Assembly (NCBI GenBank): GCA_964016885.1
Contig: OZ024743.1
Span: 327,484,001 to 327,548,000, forward strand
Reading direction: 5' to 3'
DNA: 64,000 nucleotides
From: Eledone cirrhosa
Lineage: Eukaryota
Part shown: piece after piece, positions 1 through 11,399 of the stretch
How the letters are laid out: the number at the start of each line of letters is the position of its first letter
How positions within the stretch are numbered: position 1 is the stretch's first letter
Notes under the pieces: generated by a model
What the model saw: the letters and a program-made list of their open reading frames with translations, nothing else
What the model was told of the DNA's origin: nothing
Databases searched by the model: none
Position numbers and translations under genes: made by a program

Positions 1-1316
1 CCAACTTCCGCAATAGTGGCTCGAGAGTCAGTATGTACAGAAGGGAGGAGAGAGGGCATCCCTGTCGGATGGATCACGTGATATGGAACAGCTCCGAGAG
101 GTAGCCGTTCACCTTGACTCTTGAGCAGATGTTGCCGCTGTGCATTGCAGCAATCCAGCCCCTGAACACGGGTCCGAAGCCTGCCGCCACAAGCACCGCA
201 TCCAGGTAACGATGGCCAACCCTATCGAAAGCCTTAGACTGATCCAAGTTGATCAGGGCCCCACCGAAGACAGGTTTACACCCTACCCTCTCTATGATGT
301 ATCACATGAGGTGGAGGTTGTCGTGTATGGGCCTGGTCAGGATTGCGCATGTCTGCGCTTCTCCCACCAGGTTTTCGATGACAAGCGGCAGCCTCTTTGC
401 CAACACCTTGGCCAAAATCTGTAACTCTGTGTTTAGCAGAGTTATGGGCCGGAAGTTGCCTATGTCATCCCCCTTATTCTCGTCCTTCCTGACTAGTGTG
501 ACTACGCTCTGGTCACAGAACTGGGAATTCTCCCGTTCTGTTGCCAGTTGCAGTAGACCGCTTCCAGGAGACCGGAGAACAAGTCCGGCATTGCTACGTA
601 AAATTCATAGGGTAGACCGTCGAGACCTGGCGATTTGCGTTTGCTGGATTGGCTCAGCGTGTCCCCTATCTCAGCGGCTGAAATCGGCTTTTTGCAGAAC
701 TTCGCCTCGCTGTCCGAGAGTCGCGGTAGGCTGTCGAGGTATGGACCGAAATCCATAGCCCCTCACAACGCGCCACCCTGCCCGAACAGCTGAGCAAAGT
801 GCCGTTGAAAGGCCGTGCACATCTGCTTCGGCTCACGTATCATGCGTCCGTTTTGGTCCTTCAAAGACTGAATCATGGACTTGTTGCCACTTTTCATTAC
901 CCAGAGCACGTATTTTGCTTCTGATAACGCAGCCCTCGTGCTTTGCGTCGAAGAACTGGTCCAAGGCCGTTCTAGTTGCTAGCACGCTGGCTACGTTGCC
1001 ACTTCTACTTTATCTACCAGTTCCTTCTCGGTCCTATTTCTATCTAACGCTAATTCTTTACTAAAAACTAACGAGTCTAATATAACTGCCCTCTTGAGAG
1101 AGTACCACCATCTGTTGTTGACAATGGCCCCTGTCAAGTGCTGTTTAACTAAAGTGCTAATCCGTCTACTGTAGGCTTTGCAGTCGGTAACGACAAGTTC
1201 AGTTTCCAGTAGCCGGGTCCTTGTCTATGGGTTCTATCAAGGTTGACCATGCAGGTCACTAGTTTGTGATCTGAATAGGCAACCATGAACATTTGTGGAC
1301 AGCTTAACATGTCCTA
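1..1316 (-). mobile_element. Tx1/L1-clade LINE ORF2 fragment (end of endonuclease, linker and RT N-half), degenerate, runs off window start
   Basis: Aligns by eye along its length with about 23010-24370 of the larger Tx1 element; ORF 502..756 (KSPGLDGLPYEFY) matches the 652-aa ORF; has indels and stops. Confidence 0.9.
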
Positions 1317-1368
1317 TAGATAGGGTGGTAGTTAGATATGTAGGTAGATAGACACATAGTTATATTCA

Positions 1369-1830
1369 TTCATCATCATCATCATCGTTTAATGTCTATC
1401 TTCCATGCTAGCATGGGTTAGACGGGAGTTGTCCCAATTTGAGGCAAGATTGGTCGAGTGCCCGTGTCTCGCTCGTATAGGACTATCTGGCAGGTTTTCT
1501 ATGGCTGAATGCCCTTTCTAACACCAACCACATTTACAGTGTGGATTGGGAACTTTTTACCGTGTTACCTACACAGCCACATTACAACGTGGACTGTGTG
1601 TTTTTTTGTTGTGACACCTACACAATCTCGATCTCATTAATTTGGACTCGATGTTGTGGTACCAACTTTACAGAGAAAGGGTGGTGTCGGTGGTAGTGGG
1701 AGGATGGAGTAGGGGTAGTGGGTTGCGGTGTATATTTGGTTAAGAGGGGCCTACTGACTGTAGATTTTGCTTTGTACATAGGCAAGGCGGCTCTTCTGTA
1801 TTACTGCGTAGCGTCAAAGATCTCGGTTAA
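1369..1830 (-). mobile_element. RTE LINE 3' end/3' UTR fragment
   Basis: (CAT)n followed by CGTTTAA and the CCATGCTAGCATGG palindrome; reverse complement of the 3' UTR at 8250-8643. Confidence 0.85.
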
Positions 1831-2235
1831 ATGTTTCATGTGCATGAAATTAAAGGAAACAGAGGTAAGCCAACTCATTTAAAACGAAATAGCTCAAATG
1901 AACTTCATTAGTCATTATAATAATTTGATTATAGTAAGTTACAAAATTTGCTTACCTCCCCCCCCCCCCCCCATCCTCAGAGCTATTCATATCTGTATAC
2001 AAATATTCTCTTTTGACGTGAAGATAAAGAGATACATTGGGAGGAAGTAGGTACTTAGATAGATAGACAGGGAGGTAGTTGGATATACAGATATGTAGAT
2101 AAATAGATAGATGCTGTATTCATTGTCAGAAGATAGAGAGATACATTCGGAGGTAGCTATAGTTAGTTGTTTATTTGACTATTGACCATCATGTGAGAGA
2201 CTAGTGTAGATGAGTGTTATGTTTTATCTTAAGAT

Positions 2236-2652
2236 ATATATGTGTGGGAAAACCACATGACCGCCAGCAGTCTTACTGCTATAACTCACACCGGACAGTG
2301 GCATAGAACAGAAACCTGTTGAGAAAGTGAACCCTCTGTTTGATCTTCCAAAACCAATAACTTGCATACCCCGCAAGTGGATTTGTTGATTTCGGATTTC
2401 ACAGAAACCTACCGGAGATATTGCTTAATATCGACGCGATGGTCCAGGTTTGTCAAATTATCCTGAGTTGGTTTTCTTGTTGCTTTGGTCCTTGCGGCTG
2501 GCTTACCGGTCGCAGTCTTCAATTTGCCAAGCTGTCTAAACGTAATGTTATTACTCTAATATAAAATACCTTATTGAGTGCTTAGCTGCACATTCCGATT
2601 GCATTCGTTAGCATAGCTGCAGCCGGAGCTTCGATTATGCTGAACTTCCATT
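2236..2652. repeat. Possible Penelope-like pLTR remnant between TA runs
   Basis: Bounded by (TA)n; shares only short words (GTCTTACTG, ATGGTCCA) with the PLE remnant at 45740-45865; no hammerhead core seen. Confidence 0.2.
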
Positions 2653-2759
2653 TATATATATATATATATATATACAGAAAGAAGAGGGGTTACCACACTT
2701 TCCATTGTGGTTGTGAACAGACTAACAGCTATTAAACAATAGACACTATCTCTCTTGGT

Positions 2760-3470
2760 TGTCCATCGTAAAGGATGATGACATCTTCTTTATTGTTGTT
2801 CCCGTCTGCCGTGGGCACGAAGGTGGCTGTGGAGGCCGATCCTTGACTTGCAAGTCCGGGCAGGGGAAGAGACCGGAGTCAGACTGGCAACTCCCAGAGG
2901 TTACCTCCACCTGTTACCTCCACCTCTCGCCCATCGCCGCAGGGGCTTTGGGAGTGCACGCTAAAGAAGAAACCTGTGCAGGAAAGGTTTATAATGGGAG
3001 GGCCAGTGCACAGTGACGGTCCCACTCACTCGGTCGCAGAAGCCAGAATCCGGTGGTAAGGAGGACTGTCACGACCAGGGACTTCCTTGGCTGCAGTGGA
3101 TGGCCACGATGTCTGTAGTGCCTTTCCGTGCCCTAGCGCTCCACACTGATTGCTGTCGCCGCCTTTGTGACCGTTGGGACGATGTTGTTCTCCTCCACTC
3201 ACTCCGCCGGGTTCAGTCTTTGCATGCAGGGGCAGGCATCCCCTATCTAACTCACCGGGGGGTTTCAGACCTGTCCTGCTACCCTCAACCTGGTTTGGCC
3301 TGCCAGCCAAGGCGGTTTACCAGGGTGTGGCCACTGTCACATGCTACAGCTTCTTGGGGCCACAGGTGAGAGCTGAGTGTCAGGTGGGACCCAATGCAGG
3401 ACGAGCTGTCCTTAAAAGGGCATGGCTAGCCCTCCCTACAGAGGTACATGCCCCTCCCCGACACCCCAGG
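2760..3470. repeat. Unclassified GC-rich interspersed repeat (possibly a LINE 5' UTR)
   Basis: Sharp GC-rich island in AT-rich background ending at a (CATA/TA)n tract; overlapping ORFs have no recognisable motif. Confidence 0.3.
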
Positions 3471-3530
3471 CATATACACACGCATATACATACACATACA
3501 TATGTACATGTGTATATACATATTTACACA

Positions 3531-3731
3531 TTTTTGGATGGCCGTTGACTCTTATGAGTTCTTCCGCCCTTTGTCAGGTTTTGTTTTTTGTCCTGCAGGG
3601 TGTCCAAAGTCACCCTCCTCACCAAGTAAACTTGGTGGGGTTGCCAGTTTAGTCGCCAATGACCCGACCATGCGACAGGTTGTACTGGTTTACATGTTAC
3701 CAGTAGCACTCAAGAGTGACCTGACATAAAT
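3531..3731 (+). repeat. Dispersed ~200-bp repeat, copy 1
   Basis: Reverse complement of 11085-11268 (TTGGATGGCCGTTGA...GAGTGACCTGACATAAATA). Confidence 0.8.
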
Positions 3732-5199
3732 AGACACTATACTGTCAGATTATATTGTCTGAGTTTTTTGTTAATTTAAAAAAATATTTTCTTGTATGAC
3801 ATGTTGGTATAGCTGACACACTAAGAAGTGTCGGTGTGGAAGTCCAAACATGTCATCTTGTAAATTTGTCAGCAGGTGTGTATGTATTGCTGTCACAGAA
3901 ATCTAACTAACTACATATTTAAAATAACTTTTTTTTTTTTTTTTGCATGAAAAATTACATGACATATGTTTCGTATAATTACATATCTCCATTAGAATGA
4001 GTTTATCGTTTACAGAAGCAATGACCTAAATGTGTATAATGCTTAGTTATAATGTGTGGGAGGTGTAAAGAGAGAACAGACTTTTTTTTATTAACAATTT
4101 TTTTTTTTTGTATTTCCATAAAGTTCTTTATCCTTGGTTTGGAACAATGGTGTTCCTGAATCTATGTGTATATTAGCGTTCCAAGACCTTCATGGCTTAT
4201 TGCTGCAAAACAATCGCAAAGAACTGATATCGAAATTAAAATCTTCCAATATAATTTTATATAAGAACCTTACATTAAGTTACTGTCTTAGTAATGAAAT
4301 CATTTATAATTTTAGTAAATCACTCAGAATTCTGCAGTAACTAATTGAAATAGAGTGTATTTCATTAGAAATATGGCCATGAAAGGGTTAATATGGTTTT
4401 CTGTGGGACAAACCTTTCAAGGACTAGCAACAAATGACACACAAGGATGTACAGAATGTCAATAATGCAATTGGTTTAGCTGTTGATCTAACATTCTGGA
4501 ATGTTCTAACAGAATCTTGTCTCAATGACTGTCACATGATATACAAACAGTGGCGAATTGGCACATCAATTCCATATGCATTTATACATATGTGCACACA
4601 TAGATATATGCATACACATAAATAAAGTTCAGGGACACTGGATTGGCAGAATTGTTAGAGTTTTACAGGATACTTTGTGGTATCTGACTCAGCACTCGCT
4701 TCATTCTGCCAGGAGTTGTAAACCAGCAGATGGTATCAGCAATGGAAACATTGTTTTCTTGGCCTGATCTGATGATCAACTCCTTTCCTTTACTTTTGAT
4801 TACTATATATAGCAACAGATTGTGGCAAATAGAAACCAGGAGGCAGTTTCAATCTCTGGTTGAAGCCATTTACATTGCTAATTCTTTTGGAGAATCATGA
4901 ATGTTACATCTTCCCATTTATCCTCATTCCTTAAGACATAAGGAATTTATACCAAGACATTTATACCTAGTTAAAATGTAAATAAGAAGAAACTTTGTCA
5001 GTATTATCAGACCACTGACTAGTGTATACAGCAAAAACACAGCAAGAAGTTGGAGGAATTTAGTGAAATAGCTAATTTTCTTCTTATTAAATTGGTGTTT
5101 GGATTGTAACTTAAAGGTTTATGCATAAAGTTATGATGGGAATTTTTTAGATAAATAGAAAATATTTTGTTAGATAAAATATGGATATGAGATGAATGT

Positions 5200-5465
5200 A
5201 TGAGAAAATGTACTGATATGGGTGAAGACTGTCCAAAAGATCCTAGTGGAAAGAAGATGCAGTAGAGAAGGACCTAGGTGGAAGTGGTGAGAGCTGATCT
5301 CAAAATGCTGAACCTCATAGAGGAAATGATGAAGGAATGCAATGACTGGAAGGAGGATGTGCTAGAAAAGAACCACCCAACAGATGCAAGCACAGAAATT
5401 TGACAGACGAACAGACAATTATATATATATATATATGTGTATGTATATATGTATGTAAATATATG

Positions 5466-5496
<31 letters not shown>

Positions 5497-5579
5497 TCCT
5501 CAAATTGGACAATTCCTGTCTAACCCATGCTAGCATGGAAGATAGACGTTAAACGATGATGATGATGATGATGATGATG

Positions 5580-5580
<1 letters not shown>
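5200..5580 (+). mobile_element. Degenerate RTE 3' remnants with (GAT)n tail
   Basis: AACCCATGCTAGCATGGAAGATAGACGTTAAACG followed by (ATG)n at 5522-5580; upstream sequence resembles a decayed RTE C-terminus. Confidence 0.6.
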
Positions 5581-5626
<46 letters not shown>

Positions 5627-5631
5627 TGTAG

Positions 5632-5661
<30 letters not shown>

Positions 5662-5664
<3 letters not shown>

Positions 5665-8643
5665 CGAAATCCATGGAGGCTATGGGTTTGGTACTAGAAA
5701 TGAGGAAGGCTCCAGAATCCTGGAATTCTGCGACGCAAATAACCTAACTATCTGCAATACTAACTTCAAAAAACGAGACAATCACTTGATCACCTACAGA
5801 TCAGGGGAACATACTAGCCAGGTAGATTATATCCTTACCAGAAGACGTGACAAAGTGACCGCCGTAAACACTAAATCCCTCCCCCATGAAGAATGCACTT
5901 CCCAACATAGACTGATAATTAGCGACCTAATAGTCAGGACGAGACGTACTAGACAACAGAAGAGGACTATCCTCAGGAGAAAAATATGGAAGCTAAAATA
6001 AATTCCAATTAAAAACAGCCAAAAATAAATTCCAAAGCATATTACTTGATGCTTTCGACAGTGAGGAAGAGCAATTAGAGATGTACAAGGTAGAGGAACA
6101 GTGGGAATTCCTGAAAGCAAACCTGCTGACGGCGGCAGACGAAGTCTGTGGCTGGAGCAGGCCTGTAGGCAGGAGGAGAGTAACATGGTGGTGGAACAGT
6201 AAGGTGGAGGGGTCAATTAAGGCCAAAAAGCAGGCTTGGAAAGTATGGCGGGATGGGGGAAGCAGAGAAGACTATCAAGTGGCCAGGAGGGAAGCTAGGA
6301 GACAAGTGTACTTCGCAAGAAGGGAAGCAGAGGAAAGAAAGTTCAAGCATGTTCTACAACGCGAGGACCAAAAACGTGAGGTGTTCAGGATTGCTAGGCA
6401 ATGTGTCAAGGAAAACAGTGATATTGTCGGGGAGAAGTGTGTACTTAACGATGACGGCATACTTGCCATCACCGACGCCGATAAGAAGGTAGCTTGGAAG
6501 TGTCACTATGAAAGGCTACTAAATGAGGAGAATAAATGGGAGAAAGACAGTCTCCCCCACATCGACCCAATAGAGGGACCAGCAGTGTTAGTCGAGGGTA
6601 GTATAATAAGTAAGGCAATCAAAGATATGAAGACAGGCAAGGCGGCTGGGCCTTCGGAAATAGTTGCCGAGATGCTGAAGGCATCTGGTATGGTGGGACA
6701 CACCATGGTCACCCGGATAGTCAACCAAGTCATACAGAATGGGGTTGTTCCGAAGGACTGGCGCAGCAGCATTATCGTTAACTGTTATAAGGGTAAAGGA
6801 GATGCCCTAGATAGAAGTAACTATAGAGGCATTAAATTAATCGACCAGGTCATGAAGGTCACGGAAAAAGTTATAGCGCAACTAATCAGAGAGCGAATTG
6901 ATCTAGATGAAATGCAGTTCGGGTTTGTGTCAGGAAAAAGTACCACAGACGCTCTTTTCATTGTACGACAACTACAGGAGAAGTACTTAGCTAAAAGTAA
7001 ACCCCTATACTTAGCTTTTGTCGACTTGGAGAAGGCCTTCGACAGAGTCCCCCGTTCCATTATCTGGTGGGCTCTTAGAAAACTAGGTGTTGATGAATGG
7101 CTTGTGAGAGCTATACAAGCCATGTATAAAGAAACAGTCAGCAAGGTTAGAATTAACAACGAATATAGTGAAGAGTTTAGTGTAAAAGTTGGTGTTCATC
7201 AGGGCTCTGTTCTTAGCCCCCTACTATTTATTATTGCCCTTCAGGCTATAACAGAGGAGTTCAAGACCGGCTTCCCATGGGAACTCCTATACGCAGATGA
7301 TCTAACGCTCATAGCTGAATCAATGGCCGAGCTAGAGAAGAAATTCCAAACATGGAAGCACGGCCTAGAATCAAAAGGCCTTAAAATTAACCTAGCTAAG
7401 ACTAAAGTTCTAGTTTGTAAGAAAGAAAATAAGGCGGCGGTCCCCTCCGGGAAGTGGCCATGCGCAGAGTGTAGGAAAGGCGTAGGTAGAAATTCCATTT
7501 TGTGTCCCAAATGCAAAGTTTGGGTGCATAAAAGATGTAGTGGGATCACAGGTAAGCTAACTAAGAACATAGATTTTACATGTGGCCGGTGTTCTGGGGA
7601 AATAAGTAGCAGCAAGTGCCCACAAAATACTAGCTCTTTCAACTGCGCAGAGGGTTCTATAGAAATAGTGGACAGCTTCCGTTACCTGGGTGACAAAATC
7701 AGCAGTGGGGGAGGGTGCTCTGAAAGTACAGTAGCTAGAGTCAGAACTGGGTGGAAAAAGTTCAGAGAGCTTATACCACTATTAGCCGCTAAAGGGTTTT
7801 CCCTAAAAATGAAAGGCAGGTTGTACGATGCCTGCATACGAACAGCAATGTTGCATGGCAGTGAGACCTGGGCATTGTATGCAGAGGATATACGCAGACA
7901 AGAGAGAAACGAAGCTTGCATGCTCCGCTGGATGTGTAATAGTAATATACGTGAACGACAAAGCATAAACGAACTAAGGAAAAAATTAGAAATAAGAGGG
8001 ATCAGATGTTGTTTACTAGAGAGAAGGCTACATTGGTATGGTCACGTGATGCGCATGAAGGACGATAGCTGTATAACAAAGTGCAGGGCAATAAAGATAG
8101 ACGGTAGCCACGGAATAGGCAGACCCAGAAAAACCTGGGACGAGCTGATAAACTCCGACCTCACACACTTACACCTCACCAAGACAATGTCACTGGACCG
8201 AGACCTTTGGCGGTACTCAGTAATAGAGAAGACCCGCCTTACCTAAATACAAAGTAAAACCTACTACAGTCAGTAGGCATCTCTAACAAAATACACCCCC
8301 GTCCCACCACCCCCACCCCATCCACACCGCCCCCTTCTATGTAAAGTTATGTTGGTGCCACACCATCCAGGCCGAAACAAATGAGATCGTGTAGGTGTCA
8401 CGACAAAAAAACACACAGTCCACGCTGTAATGTGGCCGTGTAGGCAACACGGTAAAAACCTCCCAGACCCACACTGTAAATGTGGTTGGTGTTAGGAAGG
8501 GCATCCAACTGTAGAAAACCTGCCAGACAGTCCTATGCGAGCAAGACAATCACTCTTGCCTCAAGTGGGACTACCCCCGTCCAAACCCATGCAAGCGTGG
8601 AACACGGACGTTAAACGTTGATGATGATGATGATGATGATGAT
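5662..8643 (+). mobile_element. RTE-clade LINE, 5'-truncated within the APE endonuclease, with 3' UTR and (GAT)n tail
   Basis: Endonuclease C-half (NTNFKK...SQVDYIL...SQHRL) at 5662-6001; long RT ORF; tail GTTAAACGTT(GAT)n; starts directly after a (TA)n tract. Confidence 0.95.
6081..8246 (+). CDS. RTE reverse transcriptase with PHD-type zinc finger (721-aa uninterrupted part of the polyprotein)
   Basis: NYRGIKL, QFGF, FVDLEKAFDRV, GVHQGSVLSPLLF, YADD, FRYLG, RRLHWYGHV; Cys4-His-Cys3 pattern CAEC..CPKC..HKRC..CGRC after the RT. Confidence 0.93.
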   Translation: MYKVEEQWEFLKANLLTAADEVCGWSRPVGRRRVTWWWNSKVEGSIKAKKQAWKVWRDGGSREDYQVARREARRQVYFARREAEERKFKHVLQREDQKREVFRIARQCVKENSDIVGEKCVLNDDGILAITDADKKVAWKCHYERLLNEENKWEKDSLPHIDPIEGPAVLVEGSIISKAIKDMKTGKAAGPSEIVAEMLKASGMVGHTMVTRIVNQVIQNGVVPKDWRSSIIVNCYKGKGDALDRSNYRGIKLIDQVMKVTEKVIAQLIRERIDLDEMQFGFVSGKSTTDALFIVRQLQEKYLAKSKPLYLAFVDLEKAFDRVPRSIIWWALRKLGVDEWLVRAIQAMYKETVSKVRINNEYSEEFSVKVGVHQGSVLSPLLFIIALQAITEEFKTGFPWELLYADDLTLIAESMAELEKKFQTWKHGLESKGLKINLAKTKVLVCKKENKAAVPSGKWPCAECRKGVGRNSILCPKCKVWVHKRCSGITGKLTKNIDFTCGRCSGEISSSKCPQNTSSFNCAEGSIEIVDSFRYLGDKISSGGGCSESTVARVRTGWKKFRELIPLLAAKGFSLKMKGRLYDACIRTAMLHGSETWALYAEDIRRQERNEACMLRWMCNSNIRERQSINELRKKLEIRGIRCCLLERRLHWYGHVMRMKDDSCITKCRAIKIDGSHGIGRPRKTWDELINSDLTHLHLTKTMSLDRDLWRYSVIEKTRLT

Positions 8644-9210
8644 ATAATAGAATATAAAAGAAAAGCGAACACAGATATATAGATATATGTGTTCAAATCG
8701 TAAGGGACCTTATTCGCTAAAGTGAAAAGAATACTAACTATAGACAATTGGGTTCGCTTGTCTCAATTTAAGAAAAAATTAAGAAGTGTTGTGAGTTTAT
8801 GAGACTCGCTAGGAAGCCATGTGCACTGTTTTATTATTTCTTATATATAGCATACATAGATGTGTCTAGGATACTAATTCATCACCCACTGATGAGCTTG
8901 GATTAGTATTTCTATTCACAATTTATTTTGCGAAACAACAAGTTGTCTGGGTGGTTGGTAGTTACCACAATTCCGGTTTGTATTTTCTTAATTTTTTCTT
9001 AAATTGAGACAAGCAAACCCTATTGTCTATAGTTAGTATTCTTTTCACCTTAGCGAATCCGTTCTCTTACGATTTGAACACATATATCTATATATCTGTG
9101 TTCGCTTTTCTTTTATATTCTATTATAATATACGGCTCAGAAATATCTCTTTCTTAGAGTTATTTTTTTGTAAGAGACTATTTTGAGTTCCTAACTCAAT
9201 ATATACATTT
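8643..9210 (+). mobile_element. Non-autonomous Penelope-like fold-back element: ~142-bp inverted arms (8643-8785 / 8985-9127), hammerhead in the spacer, ~83-nt unpaired tail
   Basis: Arms are reverse complements with a few mismatches; hammerhead core lies between them; ends in (TA)n. Confidence 0.75.
8883..8953 (+). ncRNA. Type I hammerhead ribozyme
   Basis: Stem I CACCCA/TGGGTG; CTGATGA core; stem II closed by GC/GC; GAAA; stem III CAAC-AA-GTTG; GTC cleavage triplet at 8945-8947. Confidence 0.85.
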
Positions 9211-9233
9211 AATATATATATATGTATGTATGT

Positions 9234-9308
9234 AAAAGGTAAACAGAAATAACAACACAATCAATACAGTATATGGAGGGGATATATTAGGTTAACGCTT
9301 GATATAGC
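9234..9308 (-). mobile_element. 3' terminal fragment of the Neptune-type PLE family
   Basis: Near-identical to 45897-45973 (AAAAGGTAAACAGAAA...TTAGGTTAACGCTTG). Confidence 0.8.
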
Positions 9309-9645
9309 ATCATCACCATTTTACGTCCATTCTTCCACGCTAGCATGGGTTAGATGGATTGTCCTGTTGTGGGCAATACCAGGTCGGGTGACCATGTCTT
9401 GCTCATATGGGAACTGATTTTGGTTTTATTTCTACAGCTGGATGCGCTTCCTAACACCAACCTCATTTACAGTGAGTACTGGGTGCTTTTTTACTGTGGC
9501 GCCTACATGACCACTTTACAGTGTGGACTGGGTGCTTTTTTACTGTGGCGCCTACACGACCACTTTACAGTGTGGACTGGGTGCTTTTTTGTCATGACAC
9601 CTCCACGACCACATTGCAGTGGGAGGGGATGGGGGCATATTGTCA
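9308..9645 (-). mobile_element. RTE 3' UTR-only copy with expanded internal tandem units
   Basis: Reverse complement of about 20770-21060; repeated CCACTTTACAGTGTGGACTGGGTGCTTTTT units. Confidence 0.85.
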
Positions 9646-9689
9646 TATATATATATTGATCAATCAGATAATACCGGATGAATCCATAC

Positions 9690-10949
9690 TCAATAGCTCT
9701 TGTAGCAACATACTCATTAATTGCTACAAGGGAAAAGGTGATGCTCTAGAAAGGAGCAGCTACAGAGGCATAAAAATGATAGATCAAATTATGAAAGTGA
9801 CAGAACGAGTTCTAGCACAACTAATTATGGAGTGAGTTAAATTAGATGAGATGTAATTCAGTTTCATACCAGGGAGGAGTACCATAGATGTTCTCTTTTT
9901 AGTAAGATAGCTATAAATGAAGTTCTTAGCTAAGAGTAAACTTTTGTTGATCTAGAGAAAGTCAGTCATCTGGTGGTCTTTAAGGAAACTAGGTGTAAAA
10001 GAGTGGCTTGTAAAAACAATGCAAGCCATGTATGGAGGAGCTGTAAATAAAGTGAAAATAGGAAGTGAGTTTCGGGAAGAATTCACAGTACAGGTAGTAA
10101 TGCATCAGGGTTCAGTTCTTAACCCACTCCTGTTTATCCTAGTCCTCCAGGCCATTACAGAGGAGTTTAAGAATGTTAATAAGTAGGAAAGAAGATAGGG
10201 CACCAATTTCACCAGGGAAGTGGCTTTGTTCGATATGTAGAAAAGGAGTAAGTATAAACTCTATATGGTGTACATAATGCAAATCTCAGGTACACAAGTG
10301 ATGTAGTGGGATAACAGAGAGACTAACAGGAAAAGAAGAATTTATATGTAGTAGATGTTCAGGGTCAACAGATAGTAAGCGTACCAATAATAAAATAAAT
10401 AATATAAACCTTTTCCAACCCTAGGAAGAATCCATAGAAGTAGTTTCTGCTCCTTAAGTGATATAATTAGCAGTGGAAGAGGGTGCTCAGAGAGCATAGT
10501 GGTTAGAATAAGGACAGGATAGAAGACTTTAGGGAACTGCTACCCCTGCTAACAACAAAAGTTTTCTCCCTATGAATGAAAGATCAACTGTATGACGCCT
10601 GTGTGCAAAGTGTGATGCTGCATGGGAAGGGGCAGTGAACACAGAGGACATGCAGAGGCTGCAGAGAAACGAGACAAGTATATTTTGATGGATGTGCAAT
10701 ATTAATGTGTGAAAACATTAAAGGATGGAAGAACTGAAGGAGAAACTGGGTATAAGAGGAATCAGAAGTAGTGTGCAAGAGAGGAGACTGCGTTGGTATG
10801 GACATGTGATGCACATGGATGATGATCACTGGGTGAAGAAGTGCGAAATAATCCCAGTGGAAGGAAGTCAAGTGGAGAGATGCTGTACTGAGAAGGACCT
10901 GTCCAACCCATGCAAGCATGGAACATAAAATGATGATAATGATGATGAT
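9690..10949 (+). pseudogene. Decayed RTE (PHD family) RT and C-terminal fragment with (GAT)n tail
   Basis: INCYKGKGDALERSSYRGIKMIDQ and RRLRWYGHVM remnants with many stops and deletions; tail at about 10900-10949. Confidence 0.9.
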
Positions 10950-11084
10950 TGGAATTTCTAAGAGAGATGGATTTTAAATGGTTGGCATTATGAAAGGCAT
11001 CCAGCCATAGAAATCAAGCCAGAAACAGTTCTGTGTATGCACAAGTTAAATAGAAATAACAAAGCAAACGACACTAGTGTGAAT

Positions 11085-11268
11085 ATTTATGTCAGGTCAC
11101 TCTTCAGCGCTACTGGTAGCATGTAAGCCAATACAACCTGTGTATGGTTGGGTCATCGGCGACTAAACTGGCAACTCCACCAAATTTGCTTGGTGAGGAG
11201 GGTGAATTTGGATGAAAAACAAAACCTGTGAAAGGGCGGAGGAACTCAGGAGACTCAACGGCCATCCA
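11085..11268 (-). repeat. Dispersed ~200-bp repeat, copy 2
   Basis: Inverted homolog of 3531-3731. Confidence 0.8.
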
Positions 11269-11399
11269 ATAAATTTTTTTTTTTATTATTATTTTTTTGT
11301 GGAGTGAAAGACTCCTAATCTTCATTCAGACATCTCTTTAGGAGAAGGTCACTCTGATATAAAGCCTGCAACTTCGTTTGCATCCAATGACGTAGATCA

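Noticed and set aside
4134-4960. Short ORFs in unique-looking sequence as host exons
   Set aside because: No motif, stops in candidate frames, no supporting neighbouring exons
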